This document shows positions 1 to 9,390 of a stretch of 64,000 bases of DNA, one piece after another. Source of the DNA: Candidatus Xiphinematobacter sp. (lineage in GTDB: Bacteria; Verrucomicrobiota; Verrucomicrobiia; Chthoniobacterales; Xiphinematobacteraceae). The notes beneath the pieces are model-generated. The model did not search any database. It was not told where the DNA came from and saw only the letters and a program-made list of their open reading frames with translations. Each line of letters opens with the position of its first letter. Position 1 is the first letter of the stretch. Position numbers and translations under genes: made by a program. The DNA is taken from assembly GCA_016766635.1 (NCBI GenBank), contig CP068473.1, positions 242,673 through 306,672 on the forward strand. Direction: 5' to 3'.

Positions 1-635
1 GGATTATTCGTACAAATCTTCTCGACAAAGGCGGAGGAGGGATACAGCCAGAGGACTTTAAGTTAGTGCGTGATGGCCTGTGGAAAGTTGTCAACTCTGA
101 AAGAGGTACGGGAGGGAAGGTACGCATACAAAACATTTCTGTGGCTGGCAAGAGTGGGACCGCCCAGTTCTGGCGTGACCGCATCAAGGATAATCGGGTC
201 TGGTTTGTTGCCTTTGCTCCGTTTGAAAAACCCAAATACGCCGTGTGTGTCATGGTGGAAGGAGCACGGTCCGGAGGTGGCGTTGCCGCTCCCATTGTAA
301 AAAAGATTCTTTGGGACATTCTCGCTATAGAGAACGGCACAGAGATTCACCTGACTGCGCTAAGGCCGGCTAAGGGGGATTTCTCCCAGATTGAATCGGT
401 AAATTTCGATGATACTGGGGGTACGACCATTGAGGATGAAGGAGCCGTCAAAATCCCTGGCCCTTCAGATCTACGCGCTGCAGGCAGTAGTGAGGCAATG
501 CACGTTGCAGGACCCGATATTGGTGATAAAGAAACGGATCTGGAAGGACACACGTCCAGACTGCCTCAGTTTAAGACGGGAACCAGGGGGTTTTCGAACT
601 CCGTCGAAACGGGATGCAACAACTTCCTCCGCTAG
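1..635 (+). CDS. mrdA: Penicillin-binding protein 2 / peptidoglycan D,D-transpeptidase, C-terminal part (5' end lies upstream of the window)
   Basis: The frame of ORF 66..635 stays open back to nt 3. The translation has the transpeptidase C-terminal signature 'VAGKSGTAQ' (KTG/KSG box) and 'VWFVAFAPFEKPKYAVCVMVEGARSGGGVAAPI', followed by an acidic low-complexity tail. Confidence 0.8.
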   Translation, partial: IIRTNLLDKGGGGIQPEDFKLVRDGLWKVVNSERGTGGKVRIQNISVAGKSGTAQFWRDRIKDNRVWFVAFAPFEKPKYAVCVMVEGARSGGGVAAPIVKKILWDILAIENGTEIHLTALRPAKGDFSQIESVNFDDTGGTTIEDEGAVKIPGPSDLRAAGSSEAMHVAGPDIGDKETDLEGHTSRLPQFKTGTRGFSNSVETGCNNFLR

Positions 636-837
636 GGAAGGGCACGCAAGTAACAGATAATAGAAAACAGCTGATCGCTCTCAGTATAACTTTCCGAAAG
701 GGTGCAACAAAAAGAAGGTACACTGTCCATCCCGCATCTATTTTGTAACTTTTCCTAGCGTGACGCACTAGCTGCTAAAGGAAAGAGTGTACTCTCTTCT
801 CTACCGCCTGCAGTCTCCATTGTCCCCCTTATCTTCC

Positions 838-2418
838 ATGATTGAATCAGTCAAGCGCCTCCTCGGTTTTGGCAAAAGCAAACTCGATATTACTCTCGTT
901 GTGAGCTGCGAAAGGCTCGAGAAACGCGTCGCACTCTTAGAGGGTGGCCTCCTGGAGGAATATTCCACGGAGAGGGAAACAGAACACAACATTGTTGGTT
1001 CCATCTTCAAGGGGAAGGTACGTAATATTGAACCTGGAATTAAAGCCATGTTTGTCGATATTGGTTTTGGAAAAAATGCCTTCCTCCAGTTCTGGGACGC
1101 TATCCCAACAGTATTAGACAGTGGAGTTGAAACCGTCAGCCGGAGTGGAAAGGAAAAAAAACCTGTTGCAGGCAATAAGGTCACGGTCAAGGACGTCCCC
1201 TCCATTTACCCTGTTGGTTCGGAGATCATGGTCCAAGTGAAGAAGGGACCTATTAGCAACAAAGGACCTAGAATTACAACGGACATTAGTTTACCAGGAC
1301 GCTATTTGGTTCTTATGCCATTTAACGATCAATGTGGCATTTCACGCAAAATTGAGGTTCCTAGAGAACGCGAGCGTCTACGCACCATTTTAAGGAAGCT
1401 TCGTCTTCCAGAAGGAATGGGCCTCATTATCCGAACAATTGGCCAAAAACAACGTGAACGTTTCTTTGTACGCGACTTGAGTCTCCTACTAGAGCAATGG
1501 CAGCAAATCCAGACTGGAATGGAGAAAAAGACCGCTCCCGCCATACTTTCATCAGAACCGGATCTCATCGACCGTACAGTTCGGGACTTCCTAACAGACA
1601 GCGTGGATGCCGTATATCTGGATGATAGGCAGGCATGTGAGCGCGTGCAAACTCTAGTTGGACACGTTTCTCGGCGTGCTCGCAGTAAGGTCCACCTTTA
1701 CAGTGGACAGCAGCCTATTTTTGAGAATTTTGGAGTCCAGAGGCAGATCGAGGCAGCTTTTCTACGAAAAGTGTGGCTGCCTTGTGGTGGGTACATTGTT
1801 TTCGACGAAACAGAGGCGATGATTGCCATCGATGTCAATACAGGTCGCAATAAAGGCGTAAAGGACATAGGAAAAACTATTCTTCAGACCAACCTTGAAG
1901 CTGCGGACGAAATCGCCCGCCAACTCCGTCTCCGCAACATCGGAGGTATCATCGTCGCAGATTTTATTGATATGAAGAACCGAAAGGACCAGCAGGCTGT
2001 CTATCAAAGGCTTCGTGAGCGTCTTAGACGGGATAAGGCGCGCACGAATATCCTTCCTATTTCCCCACTGGGCCTTATGGAGATGACTCGTCAGCGTGCT
2101 AAAGAAAGCCTAGCTAGCGTTCACTACCTTAATTGCCCTTATTGTCACGGGCATGGTACTGTCAAGAGCCCGACCACGATGAGTGTTGAACTGCAAAGAG
2201 CCATCCACTCTGTCGTGCGTAAGCACGCCAACAACATCCGAGAAATTAAAATTATCGTACATCCAGATCTTTTGGGTCGCTTACGTACAGATGAAGAGTT
2301 ACTCCTAGACATTGAGCGTCGTTACGCTGTGCGCTTGAGCTTCCGTACGGACTCCAGCTTCCACCATGAGAGATTCATAATTCTAAATGCTTTGACCGAT
2401 GAAGAGATGAAACCTTAG
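838..2418 (+). CDS. rng: Ribonuclease G/E family endoribonuclease
   Basis: S1-domain start 'GSIFKGKVRNIEPGIKAMFVDIGFGKNAFL', catalytic-core 'AIDVNTGR' and 'GGIIVADFIDM', and a CPxCxGxG zinc link 'CPYCHGHG'. The ORF track starts at a GTG at 787. The ATG at 838 (MIESVKRL) is the more conventional start. Confidence 0.85.
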   Translation: MIESVKRLLGFGKSKLDITLVVSCERLEKRVALLEGGLLEEYSTERETEHNIVGSIFKGKVRNIEPGIKAMFVDIGFGKNAFLQFWDAIPTVLDSGVETVSRSGKEKKPVAGNKVTVKDVPSIYPVGSEIMVQVKKGPISNKGPRITTDISLPGRYLVLMPFNDQCGISRKIEVPRERERLRTILRKLRLPEGMGLIIRTIGQKQRERFFVRDLSLLLEQWQQIQTGMEKKTAPAILSSEPDLIDRTVRDFLTDSVDAVYLDDRQACERVQTLVGHVSRRARSKVHLYSGQQPIFENFGVQRQIEAAFLRKVWLPCGGYIVFDETEAMIAIDVNTGRNKGVKDIGKTILQTNLEAADEIARQLRLRNIGGIIVADFIDMKNRKDQQAVYQRLRERLRRDKARTNILPISPLGLMEMTRQRAKESLASVHYLNCPYCHGHGTVKSPTTMSVELQRAIHSVVRKHANNIREIKIIVHPDLLGRLRTDEELLLDIERRYAVRLSFRTDSSFHHERFIILNALTDEEMKP

Positions 2419-2452
2419 CGGATTAAAAAAGTGCCTCCCTCGCAAAGATTAG

Positions 2453-4411
2453 TCACCGCTGCAGGCGTAGTATGCATGCCGGCCGCAGGGGGCTCAGGGT
2501 TACGCGGTTGTGTTCTCTAGCCCAGACAAGCTTCTCTCCGTCAAGTAGATCTTTTAGTTGATAAGTGTCTTGCTCCGCCGAATAACCGCACTCCCTGAGG
2601 GGAACATTCATATAGGTGGACTGTGCATTATGGGGATCCAGGCTCACCGCAAAAAGGAGGACGTTATTTTTGGAAGGAGTAGATTTGCTGTAGAATAGAA
2701 TTTGGTCGTTGTCCACTGGATGAAATCGGAGGCTTTCATAAGAGCGCAGCGCCCTGTTCTCTCGGCGGATCCTGTTAAGTACAGCGAGGTAATTCTTAAT
2801 ATTTCCAGGAGCATTCCAGTCTCGCGCCTTGAACTGGTATTTTTCCGAGTTTAGATACTCCTCACTCCCTGGGATCGCCAAATTCTCGCACAGCTCGAAA
2901 CCGCTGTAGATACCATAAACTGGGGCAAGCGTGGCTGCCAGGGTAGCACGAATTTGAAACCCGGCACGACCTCCTTGCTGGAGAAAATATGGCAAAATAT
3001 CCGGAGTATTAGTAAAGAGGTTTGGGCGGAAAAATTCCTTCATTTCTGATCGGGTAAGTTCGGTAAAATATTCTACGAGCTCCTGTTTGGTATTTCTCCA
3101 AGTGAAATAGGTATAGCTCTGGGTAAAACCTACCTTTGCAAGCAGTTGCATCATTTTTGGATGTGTGAAAGCCTCGCTTAAAAAGATAGCCTGCGGGTAT
3201 TTCTCTTGTACCTTGCCAATGATCCACTCCCAAAAAAAAACGGGTTTTGTATGTGGATTATCTACACGAAAGATAAGTATTCCTCTGGCACACCAGAATA
3301 GCAGCACCTGGTATAGTTCCTTCCAAAGGGCCTTCCAATTCCTGGCATAAAAGTTAAGCGGATAAACATCCTCATACTTTTTAGGCGGATTCTCTGCACA
3401 CTTAATAGAGCCATCTGGACGCCGAAAAAACCACTCAGGATGGTCACGAAGATAAGGATGATCTGGAGAACAATTGATGGCAAAATCTAGCGCAATTTCC
3501 ATGTCCCGCCTACGTACTTCTGAAATCAACCATTCGAAGTCCCTAAGTGTTCCCAACTCAGGCGCTATATCCCGATGTCCACCACCCATTTCCCCTTGTC
3601 GGAAGTTGCCGATTGCATAGGGTACTCCTGGGTCCCCGGGAATGCATTTTATGCTATTATTCCTTCCCTTGCGATTAGTTTCCCCAATAGGGTGGACCGG
3701 AGGAAAGTAGACGATGTCAAAGCCCATTTCTTTTGCATCGTCGATCCTGTTCAGGCAATCCCGCAAGGCCGATCCAGATTCCGCTTTTCCTTCCGCCGAA
3801 CGTGGGAAAAACTCATACCACGCTGCAAAAGCCGCTCTTTGACGATCTACGCGTACCCTTCGATAGGGCTGTAACATTGTAGAAAGTGATCGCTTTCCCC
3901 AACACATCATTAGTGCGACCAGCTCTTGGTCCTCACAGAGGATACGCAGCTGTTCGGCATTGGCCCGTCGAGTTACCTCGGAAAACTTTTCTAAAATCGA
4001 AGCGTCAGCAGTCGTCTCTGCATTCCTAGCAGCTTGCTCTATAAATTGAGATCCCTCTAGGGCCTCGTTGTGGAGTGCATACACGCCGTTGTCAAATTTT
4101 TTGCAAACTCCCCACTGCCAGGAAAGAAATTCATCTTGCCACGCTTCGATAGTGTACTCCCACACTCCTATCTTAAGGAGGGGAAACGCCCCCCTCCATC
4201 GACTATTCTCTAGAGCAAACATCATCCCCTCGTTCCATACCTTGTCACCTACAAATCGCCACTTTAGGAGGGCCCTAATCGCTTCATATCCTTCCTTAAA
4301 GATATCTGCTTCAATGCAAAGATCCTCTCCTACCACCCGCTTTAGGGGAAACTTTCCACAGTCCAGCTCTGGAGTAAGATGTTGAATAACGATAGTGACT
4401 GGCTGTTTCAC
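2453..4411 (-). CDS. glgE: Alpha-1,4-glucan:maltose-1-phosphate maltosyltransferase (GlgE, GH13)
   Basis: 652 aa. Contains 'FDIVYFPPVHPIG...NRKGRNN', 'IALDFAINCSPDHPYLRDHPEWF', 'GILIFRVDNPHTKP' and 'FLSEAFT', the typical GlgE catalytic-region blocks. GTG start at 4411. Confidence 0.85.
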   Translation of the reverse strand: MKQPVTIVIQHLTPELDCGKFPLKRVVGEDLCIEADIFKEGYEAIRALLKWRFVGDKVWNEGMMFALENSRWRGAFPLLKIGVWEYTIEAWQDEFLSWQWGVCKKFDNGVYALHNEALEGSQFIEQAARNAETTADASILEKFSEVTRRANAEQLRILCEDQELVALMMCWGKRSLSTMLQPYRRVRVDRQRAAFAAWYEFFPRSAEGKAESGSALRDCLNRIDDAKEMGFDIVYFPPVHPIGETNRKGRNNSIKCIPGDPGVPYAIGNFRQGEMGGGHRDIAPELGTLRDFEWLISEVRRRDMEIALDFAINCSPDHPYLRDHPEWFFRRPDGSIKCAENPPKKYEDVYPLNFYARNWKALWKELYQVLLFWCARGILIFRVDNPHTKPVFFWEWIIGKVQEKYPQAIFLSEAFTHPKMMQLLAKVGFTQSYTYFTWRNTKQELVEYFTELTRSEMKEFFRPNLFTNTPDILPYFLQQGGRAGFQIRATLAATLAPVYGIYSGFELCENLAIPGSEEYLNSEKYQFKARDWNAPGNIKNYLAVLNRIRRENRALRSYESLRFHPVDNDQILFYSKSTPSKNNVLLFAVSLDPHNAQSTYMNVPLRECGYSAEQDTYQLKDLLDGEKLVWAREHNRVTLSPLRPACILRLQR

Positions 4412-4412
4412 T

Positions 4413-4442
4413 GGACAATTTTACCTTTGGACAGTTTTACCT
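4413..4442. repeat. Tandem direct repeat GGACA(A/G)TTTTACCT x2 (16-nt period) abutting the glgE start codon
   Basis: Read directly: ggacaattttacct (4413-4426) and ggacagttttacct (4429-4442). On the glgE sense strand this is AGGTAAAACTGTCC / AGGTAAAATTGTCC. Confidence 0.7.
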
Positions 4443-5160
4443 AAAGTACGCCCCTTTCCGCCCACTTCAGAGCAAGCACCCATCTCCACGAGGGCTCCTT
4501 GGTCCAAAGAGAGCAAGCCGGGTTTCTAGGCCCAGCTATCAGTAGAACACTGAAGGACTGCATTACCTCTGGACATTCTCTTCCCGCCCCATATCTGAAG
4601 GTTACTTTCATACGCCTACACTCATCGCAAATCACTTGTTGAGGAGGGGCTGTACATTCTAGTTCGCTGGAATAATGTGCCTCCCAAGCTCTTCCACCGG
4701 AGCGTTAGGATAAAAATCCCGTTCTCTCCGTTAGAGTATGCCTGTAGGCTTGTCCAGCATGTTCTCAAACCATGGAGGCTGGTAAAATATATAATCCCCC
4801 TTTGCATGACCCCTGTACAAAGAGGGGCGCGCAAGACCGTATAAAAAATATCTGCCGCCAAGGATCTCACCGACGTAAGCAAATTACCCAGGTAGCTCAT
4901 TCCTTTTGGGATATGCCAAGAAACTCTACTAACTCAAGCCCAATGAATGTGCATATCCTGTGGGTTCTACTTCTTTTTAGCAGAGGTGAGATGTACTCAT
5001 CCGCCTGTCACAACCTCGGTATTGTCTCTGTGCGACAACGCGGTTTGACTGCTGAATGCGTTATTTTTAGACTGGGCCGTGCGGTGGAGATAGGCCATGG
5101 TGCAGCTCGTGACGTCTCGCTGAACCCCAATCTCGGAGGTGGGCTGCGTGTTTCTGTGGA

Positions 5161-5176
5161 GCGCGGCCGGCCGCGC
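5161..5176. repeat. Perfect 16-bp GC palindrome GCGCGGCCGGCCGCGC
   Basis: Read directly. It is self-complementary and sits in a 1.16-kb stretch with no convincing ORF. Confidence 0.8.
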
Positions 5177-5574
5177 GCGGGGCTAACTGAGTGAGGATTA
5201 AGCTTCTTTTTGTCTCTAGATTGCCAGAGAGATGGGACGTGGTCTTTACGTGCGAATGTGGTTATGTTTTAGTCGATCAGGTGAGTGTTCCTTTGTTTAG
5301 GTGGGAGGGTACCTTGGACCACAAGGATCACCTCAACAGAGGTGGTTTTCGGACTCAGCAACCGAGGGTAGTCTGCGACTGTGGATGTTAGGCTTTTTTG
5401 AGGTGAGCTTGTGCTTGTAAGTTTTCCCGCCCCTAGCGCCTCCATCCCCCTCAGGTGGGGAGTCTTGCTGACAGCTATTTCAGGGTGGCTCGTGCCTGGT
5501 AGTCTGGCGTCTAAGGGCCAAGTTATTCTAGCCCTGTTACCCTCTTCTATAAACTTGAGAGCGGAAGTTTTTGG

Positions 5575-7176
5575 ATGGAGGAACTCGTGAAATTTGAGGA
5601 TGGCGACGATTTGTCCACTAGTCCTCGGAGGGGGGGTAGGGAGAATCTATTCTGCTGGACCGTTTTTATCCTCTTTCTCGTCTTGCTTGCCGCATTCTGT
5701 TGGTTGGGGAGTTACTATATCTTCGGGTATCCGGAAAAGCCCCTGAGTTATGAGGCTCTAAGGAAGCTAAAAAAGTTAGAGAATATCCAAAAATTTGAGC
5801 TGACAACTGCACCGAGGGGAGAGTTTTTGAATCCAAAAACCCTCTTCCAGCGCTATGGAATGATGAGTCCCAAGGTTTTAGAAGATACTAATGCTCGGTT
5901 GCTGCGCAACTTCATCCGCAATTACCGGGAAACGCGCGATCTGGTTCCTTATGTTATTGGGACTTATACCATCCTCGACTCATTTGGGCTGGGTGCCCAC
6001 AATCTTTTCTCTTCCGGTGTAGTTGCCCTTGCCCAATCTATAGACGTTTCAAGTGTACTGCTAGAGAGCGTCTTTACTGCCAGACAGCAAGTAGTACCTC
6101 TCCTTCAGAAAACTCTTCTCACTGGGCTACACATACGTCTAGAAAAGCGATTTGATCTTTCTGCATTAATCCACATAGAATATGTTGGGGATGGGCGTAT
6201 TCTTTTTACCACTCTCCCAATCCTTTACGGGAGTTACTCTTCCTACCATGGTCCTGAAAGCTTTTCTCTGTCTCCCCCAGATTTTCTTAACGTCAAAGCG
6301 GGCCTGCCAATTCTTTCCAAAGAAGAAATAGAAGTTGCCAGAAGATCCTACTACCTCTGCCGTAGACAATCCGAATTAAAGGCTCGCCCAGCACAATCTC
6401 AGTCCCTTCGTAAAGGGGAGGCTCCTCCACGTACCCTTTCCGACACAACTGGGCCCTCCAAAATAGGCCAGCTTATACGCATCGAAAGGCCAGCACTACT
6501 TCTGAAAAAAACTACTAACCTCTCTCCAGAGAGCTGCTCTCGCCGTCCGCTTACTTCTCTCCAGAATATCCAATCTAAAAAAGCAAGGACTCCTTTTCCT
6601 ATTTTTGAAACAAAAGTGGCTAGAGCGGTACCAGTTCAAGCACGCGCCGCGCTTTCTATTCCAGTACAATTTGCACGCTCTCCAAAGGAGATTGCGTCTA
6701 GCGTTTCCTCGACTCAATCAGAAGACTACTCCTTAATCTCTTCCTCTGTTTCTCATACATCCCTTCCCGCAACCCATCCCGTAACCACGCCACTTACCAG
6801 TCTTCCCACTGGGAGTTGGCAGACCTATAAGGCGGGCCAAATGCCTTTGGGGAAACTAGTGGAAATTTCGGAGATACAGCAACTCATGCAGCACAGGCTA
6901 TGGAACAAACGAGTCTACCTTATGGGTAGTTTTCGAGTAACTGCCTCTCGCCTCAATCAGGCCGTACTTCGCCCTCAAGGCTTTAGGCCGCCTTTCTTTC
7001 TGAAGCGCCTGGATAAGAAAGTCCGCGTCGTTGTCGAATTTCCCTCTCACTCATCCGCCCCAAAGTTAGGCGTCTCCCTCCATCGTGGAAGACGCCGTCC
7101 CTTTCTCATCATAGATATCCAGAGATCTTTAGTCGGTACAACTGACATATTCGCCAAGGAAATTACCCACGATTAG
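5575..7176 (+). CDS. Hypothetical membrane-anchored protein (N-terminal TM helix, Ser/Pro-rich linker, basic C-terminal domain)
   Basis: 533-aa ORF with an ATG start. It has one hydrophobic helix 'LFCWTVFILFLVLLAAFCWLGSYYIF', a long S/P/T-rich middle region and no family motif I recognise. Confidence 0.5.
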   Translation: MEELVKFEDGDDLSTSPRRGGRENLFCWTVFILFLVLLAAFCWLGSYYIFGYPEKPLSYEALRKLKKLENIQKFELTTAPRGEFLNPKTLFQRYGMMSPKVLEDTNARLLRNFIRNYRETRDLVPYVIGTYTILDSFGLGAHNLFSSGVVALAQSIDVSSVLLESVFTARQQVVPLLQKTLLTGLHIRLEKRFDLSALIHIEYVGDGRILFTTLPILYGSYSSYHGPESFSLSPPDFLNVKAGLPILSKEEIEVARRSYYLCRRQSELKARPAQSQSLRKGEAPPRTLSDTTGPSKIGQLIRIERPALLLKKTTNLSPESCSRRPLTSLQNIQSKKARTPFPIFETKVARAVPVQARAALSIPVQFARSPKEIASSVSSTQSEDYSLISSSVSHTSLPATHPVTTPLTSLPTGSWQTYKAGQMPLGKLVEISEIQQLMQHRLWNKRVYLMGSFRVTASRLNQAVLRPQGFRPPFFLKRLDKKVRVVVEFPSHSSAPKLGVSLHRGRRRPFLIIDIQRSLVGTTDIFAKEITHD

Positions 7177-7317
7177 GCATTCACTGGATGTTCGGGTATT
7201 CCTCCAACCCACCCCCTTCTCAGCTTGAAGGGGATGGATTGGATAAGATCAATTCCCCCTATTTCGATGCAGTTGCCTGAGAAAGAAATAGGGTAGGAAC
7301 ATCCCCACAGAAAAAAC

Positions 7318-7390
7318 TGGAGGTATGGGGACTTGAACCCCAGACCTTCTCGTTGCGAACGAGATGCTCTACCAACTGAGCTATACCCCC
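7318..7390 (-). tRNA. tRNA-Ala (anticodon CGC)
   Basis: The reverse complement GGGGGTATAGCTCAGTTGGTAGAGCATCTCGTTCGCAACGAGAAGGTCTGGGGTTCAAGTCCCCATACCTCCA folds as a 73-nt cloverleaf. Anticodon loop is TTCGCAA. The G3:U70 alanine identity pair is present. CCA is not encoded. Confidence 0.9.
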
Positions 7391-7428
7391 AAGCAGACCT
7401 TCGCTCTTACCTAAAAAAATTTAAACTG

Positions 7429-8760
7429 CTAACTAGCCGCTGACATACTGGGAACAAGGATTGCCTCCGGCATCCCATGAATAAGTTTTTTATCAGCAGG
7501 CACAATCGTAGCAAGCACCCCACCAAGCACCGTCTGTGGTACATGGGTGAAGTAATATGGACAAAGACGGACTCGGCCCTGTAATGAGTGTATAGAATTA
7601 TCTGCCTCTACGTAGGCATGTTCTACTATCTGTCCCTTGTAAAACTTTTGGAGTACCCACGGATGAGTCTCAAACTCAATAAGTGCCCTCTGAATAGCCT
7701 TGGACCACTGTGCTTGGGGAATGTCTTGAGCTACGATAACCCCGCGTGATCCCCAGGCCAGCTCGGAGAATCCGCTGACCTTTAAAACAAGTTCACGCTG
7801 TTTTTGGCTAAATTGTGCTAGACACGTCCAGTCTTGAATATCCAAGTGTGGGAGGACCGCGTGCGGAGGAAGTGGTGTAGGATCGACAACCCAGGTATAT
7901 GGGATAATTCTCTTCAGAGCTACAAAGGTACGTTTACCCAATACCCGCAGCCAGAAGGACTCTAAGGGTTTCATCCAAAACAAGGCAAACCAGATCTTTT
8001 CCTCTAGGGCAGGTTTTAGTGGAGGGGTAATAGAAATTTTTCTAGAAAGGAGCTTTGCTTTTAGGGCTCCAGCAGCGGAGATATTTTTAAGATCAAAATT
8101 CTCAAAGAAGCGATAGACATTGGGCTGCCAGTCTTCCCTTGGAGTAGCATCAAAGACCCGGAATTCTTTTCCATCTAGCGGCGTGTCCTTATTAAGCCGC
8201 CGCGCTAGCCACTGCATTTCTGGGAGATAAGCTCCTGATTCCTCTGAAACCAGAATATCTCCACCTGGAAGGATGTTACGAAATGCTCTTAGCATCCCCT
8301 CACGTCCACCTAAGATTGGCATCCCCATATCTGCATAGGTTTCATTTAAGCAGGCTGTTAGGCCAATGCCCCCTGGCACACTGTCCAGCTCAGTGGCAAT
8401 AATTCCTTCCTCCGTCAAGAGAAGGTCTGGACGCAATACTCTAGGAAGATCGTTAGCAAACACTTTTTCCCTCTGGAAAGCAATGAGCCATGGGGGTTTC
8501 CCACGATCTAGCAGCTCAGAAATCCACAGGGGACTCCTTCCGTCACAGCTTAGGCGATAAAGCAAATTGCATGCCTTAATAAAAAGAGTGAGACAATTTC
8601 CGAGTTGATGAATTGCCCTCAAAAGAGGAGCTGATAATGGGAAGGGATCTGGAGAGATTCTCCATGACTTTTCATGAAAGAACCGTCCTTCTGGAAAGGC
8701 ATCCCGAATGCGTGCTGCTCTCCAGAGGGCCGCTTGCCTAAATGATGCTTCTACGCTCAC
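7429..8760 (-). CDS. Uncharacterised protein, possibly an ATP-grasp-like fold (weak, by-eye resemblance only)
   Basis: 443-aa ORF with a GTG start 12 nt after the ruvA stop. Segments 'LRPDLLLTEEGIIATELDSVPGGIG', 'LVLKVSGFSELAWGSRGVIV' and C-terminal 'VLGGVLATIVPADKKLIHG' are reminiscent of (circularly permuted) ATP-grasp / glutathionylspermidine-synthase-like proteins. There is no Walker A motif, so it is not RuvB. Confidence 0.5.
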   Translation of the reverse strand: MSVEASFRQAALWRAARIRDAFPEGRFFHEKSWRISPDPFPLSAPLLRAIHQLGNCLTLFIKACNLLYRLSCDGRSPLWISELLDRGKPPWLIAFQREKVFANDLPRVLRPDLLLTEEGIIATELDSVPGGIGLTACLNETYADMGMPILGGREGMLRAFRNILPGGDILVSEESGAYLPEMQWLARRLNKDTPLDGKEFRVFDATPREDWQPNVYRFFENFDLKNISAAGALKAKLLSRKISITPPLKPALEEKIWFALFWMKPLESFWLRVLGKRTFVALKRIIPYTWVVDPTPLPPHAVLPHLDIQDWTCLAQFSQKQRELVLKVSGFSELAWGSRGVIVAQDIPQAQWSKAIQRALIEFETHPWVLQKFYKGQIVEHAYVEADNSIHSLQGRVRLCPYYFTHVPQTVLGGVLATIVPADKKLIHGMPEAILVPSMSAAS

Positions 8761-8772
8761 GGAGCTACTAGT

Positions 8773-9390
8773 CTAAGGGCTTCTTTTTAGTTTAAGGGCT
8801 TTCCGGACTAATTCTTCTGAGGAAGCCACCCCGGGCGAGTGTTCTTGTTCTAACACTTGATGAACTGCTCGGCGAGCCTCTTGCTCCCCATAACCCAGGG
8901 ATATTAGGGCAAAGACCGCATCACCAACATTGGTAGAAGCACGTTGACCTGCACGAGCGGATCCAGCTCCCTCCCATTCTGCTACTACGCCTAGCTTATC
9001 CTTTAATTCCAGGATGACCCGCTCAGCTGTTTTCCTGCCCATACCATTGACACATGAAATGGTTCCCAAATCTGAGTGGATCACAGCAGACTTAAAGGCA
9101 TCCACGCTCATCCTGCTCAGGATGGCAAGTGCTAATTTGGGCCCTATACCTGAAACGCGTTGTACTAAGAGCCGAAAAAGATCCCTTTCAGCGGCAGAAG
9201 CGAACCCGTACAGGACATGGCTATCCTCCCGAATAAGTAGGTGAGTCAAAATCTGCACTCTTTCCCCTACCTTTGGCAATTTGCCGATGGTCGATGCGGG
9301 AACATGAACCTGATAGCCAATTCCATGTACATCGATAGTAACCTGCGTAGGTAGTATCTCAGATAAGATGCCTTCCAAAAAGGTAATCAT
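8773..9390 (-). CDS. ruvA: Holliday junction branch-migration complex subunit RuvA
   Basis: Canonical N-terminus 'MITFLEGILSEILPTQVTIDVHGIGYQVHVP' and HhH motifs 'VSGIGPKLALAILS' and 'VNGMGRKTAERVILELKDK'. The ATG at 9390 is chosen over the longer 9495 ORF. Confidence 0.9.
   Translation of the reverse strand: MITFLEGILSEILPTQVTIDVHGIGYQVHVPASTIGKLPKVGERVQILTHLLIREDSHVLYGFASAAERDLFRLLVQRVSGIGPKLALAILSRMSVDAFKSAVIHSDLGTISCVNGMGRKTAERVILELKDKLGVVAEWEGAGSARAGQRASTNVGDAVFALISLGYGEQEARRAVHQVLEQEHSPGVASSEELVRKALKLKRSP

Noticed and set aside
4441-4900. Possible RNase P RNA or another large structured RNA. The plus strand has 'AGAGAGCAAGCC' and 'CTTCCACCGGAGC...GTAGGCTTGTCCAGC', and the minus strand has 'CTAGAAACCCGGCTTG', all reminiscent of type-A RNase P blocks.
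   Set aside because: The matches lie on different strands and in the wrong order. The universally conserved P4 'GAGGAAAGTCCGGGC' is absent on either strand. These are probably chance similarities. Only an Infernal scan could settle it.
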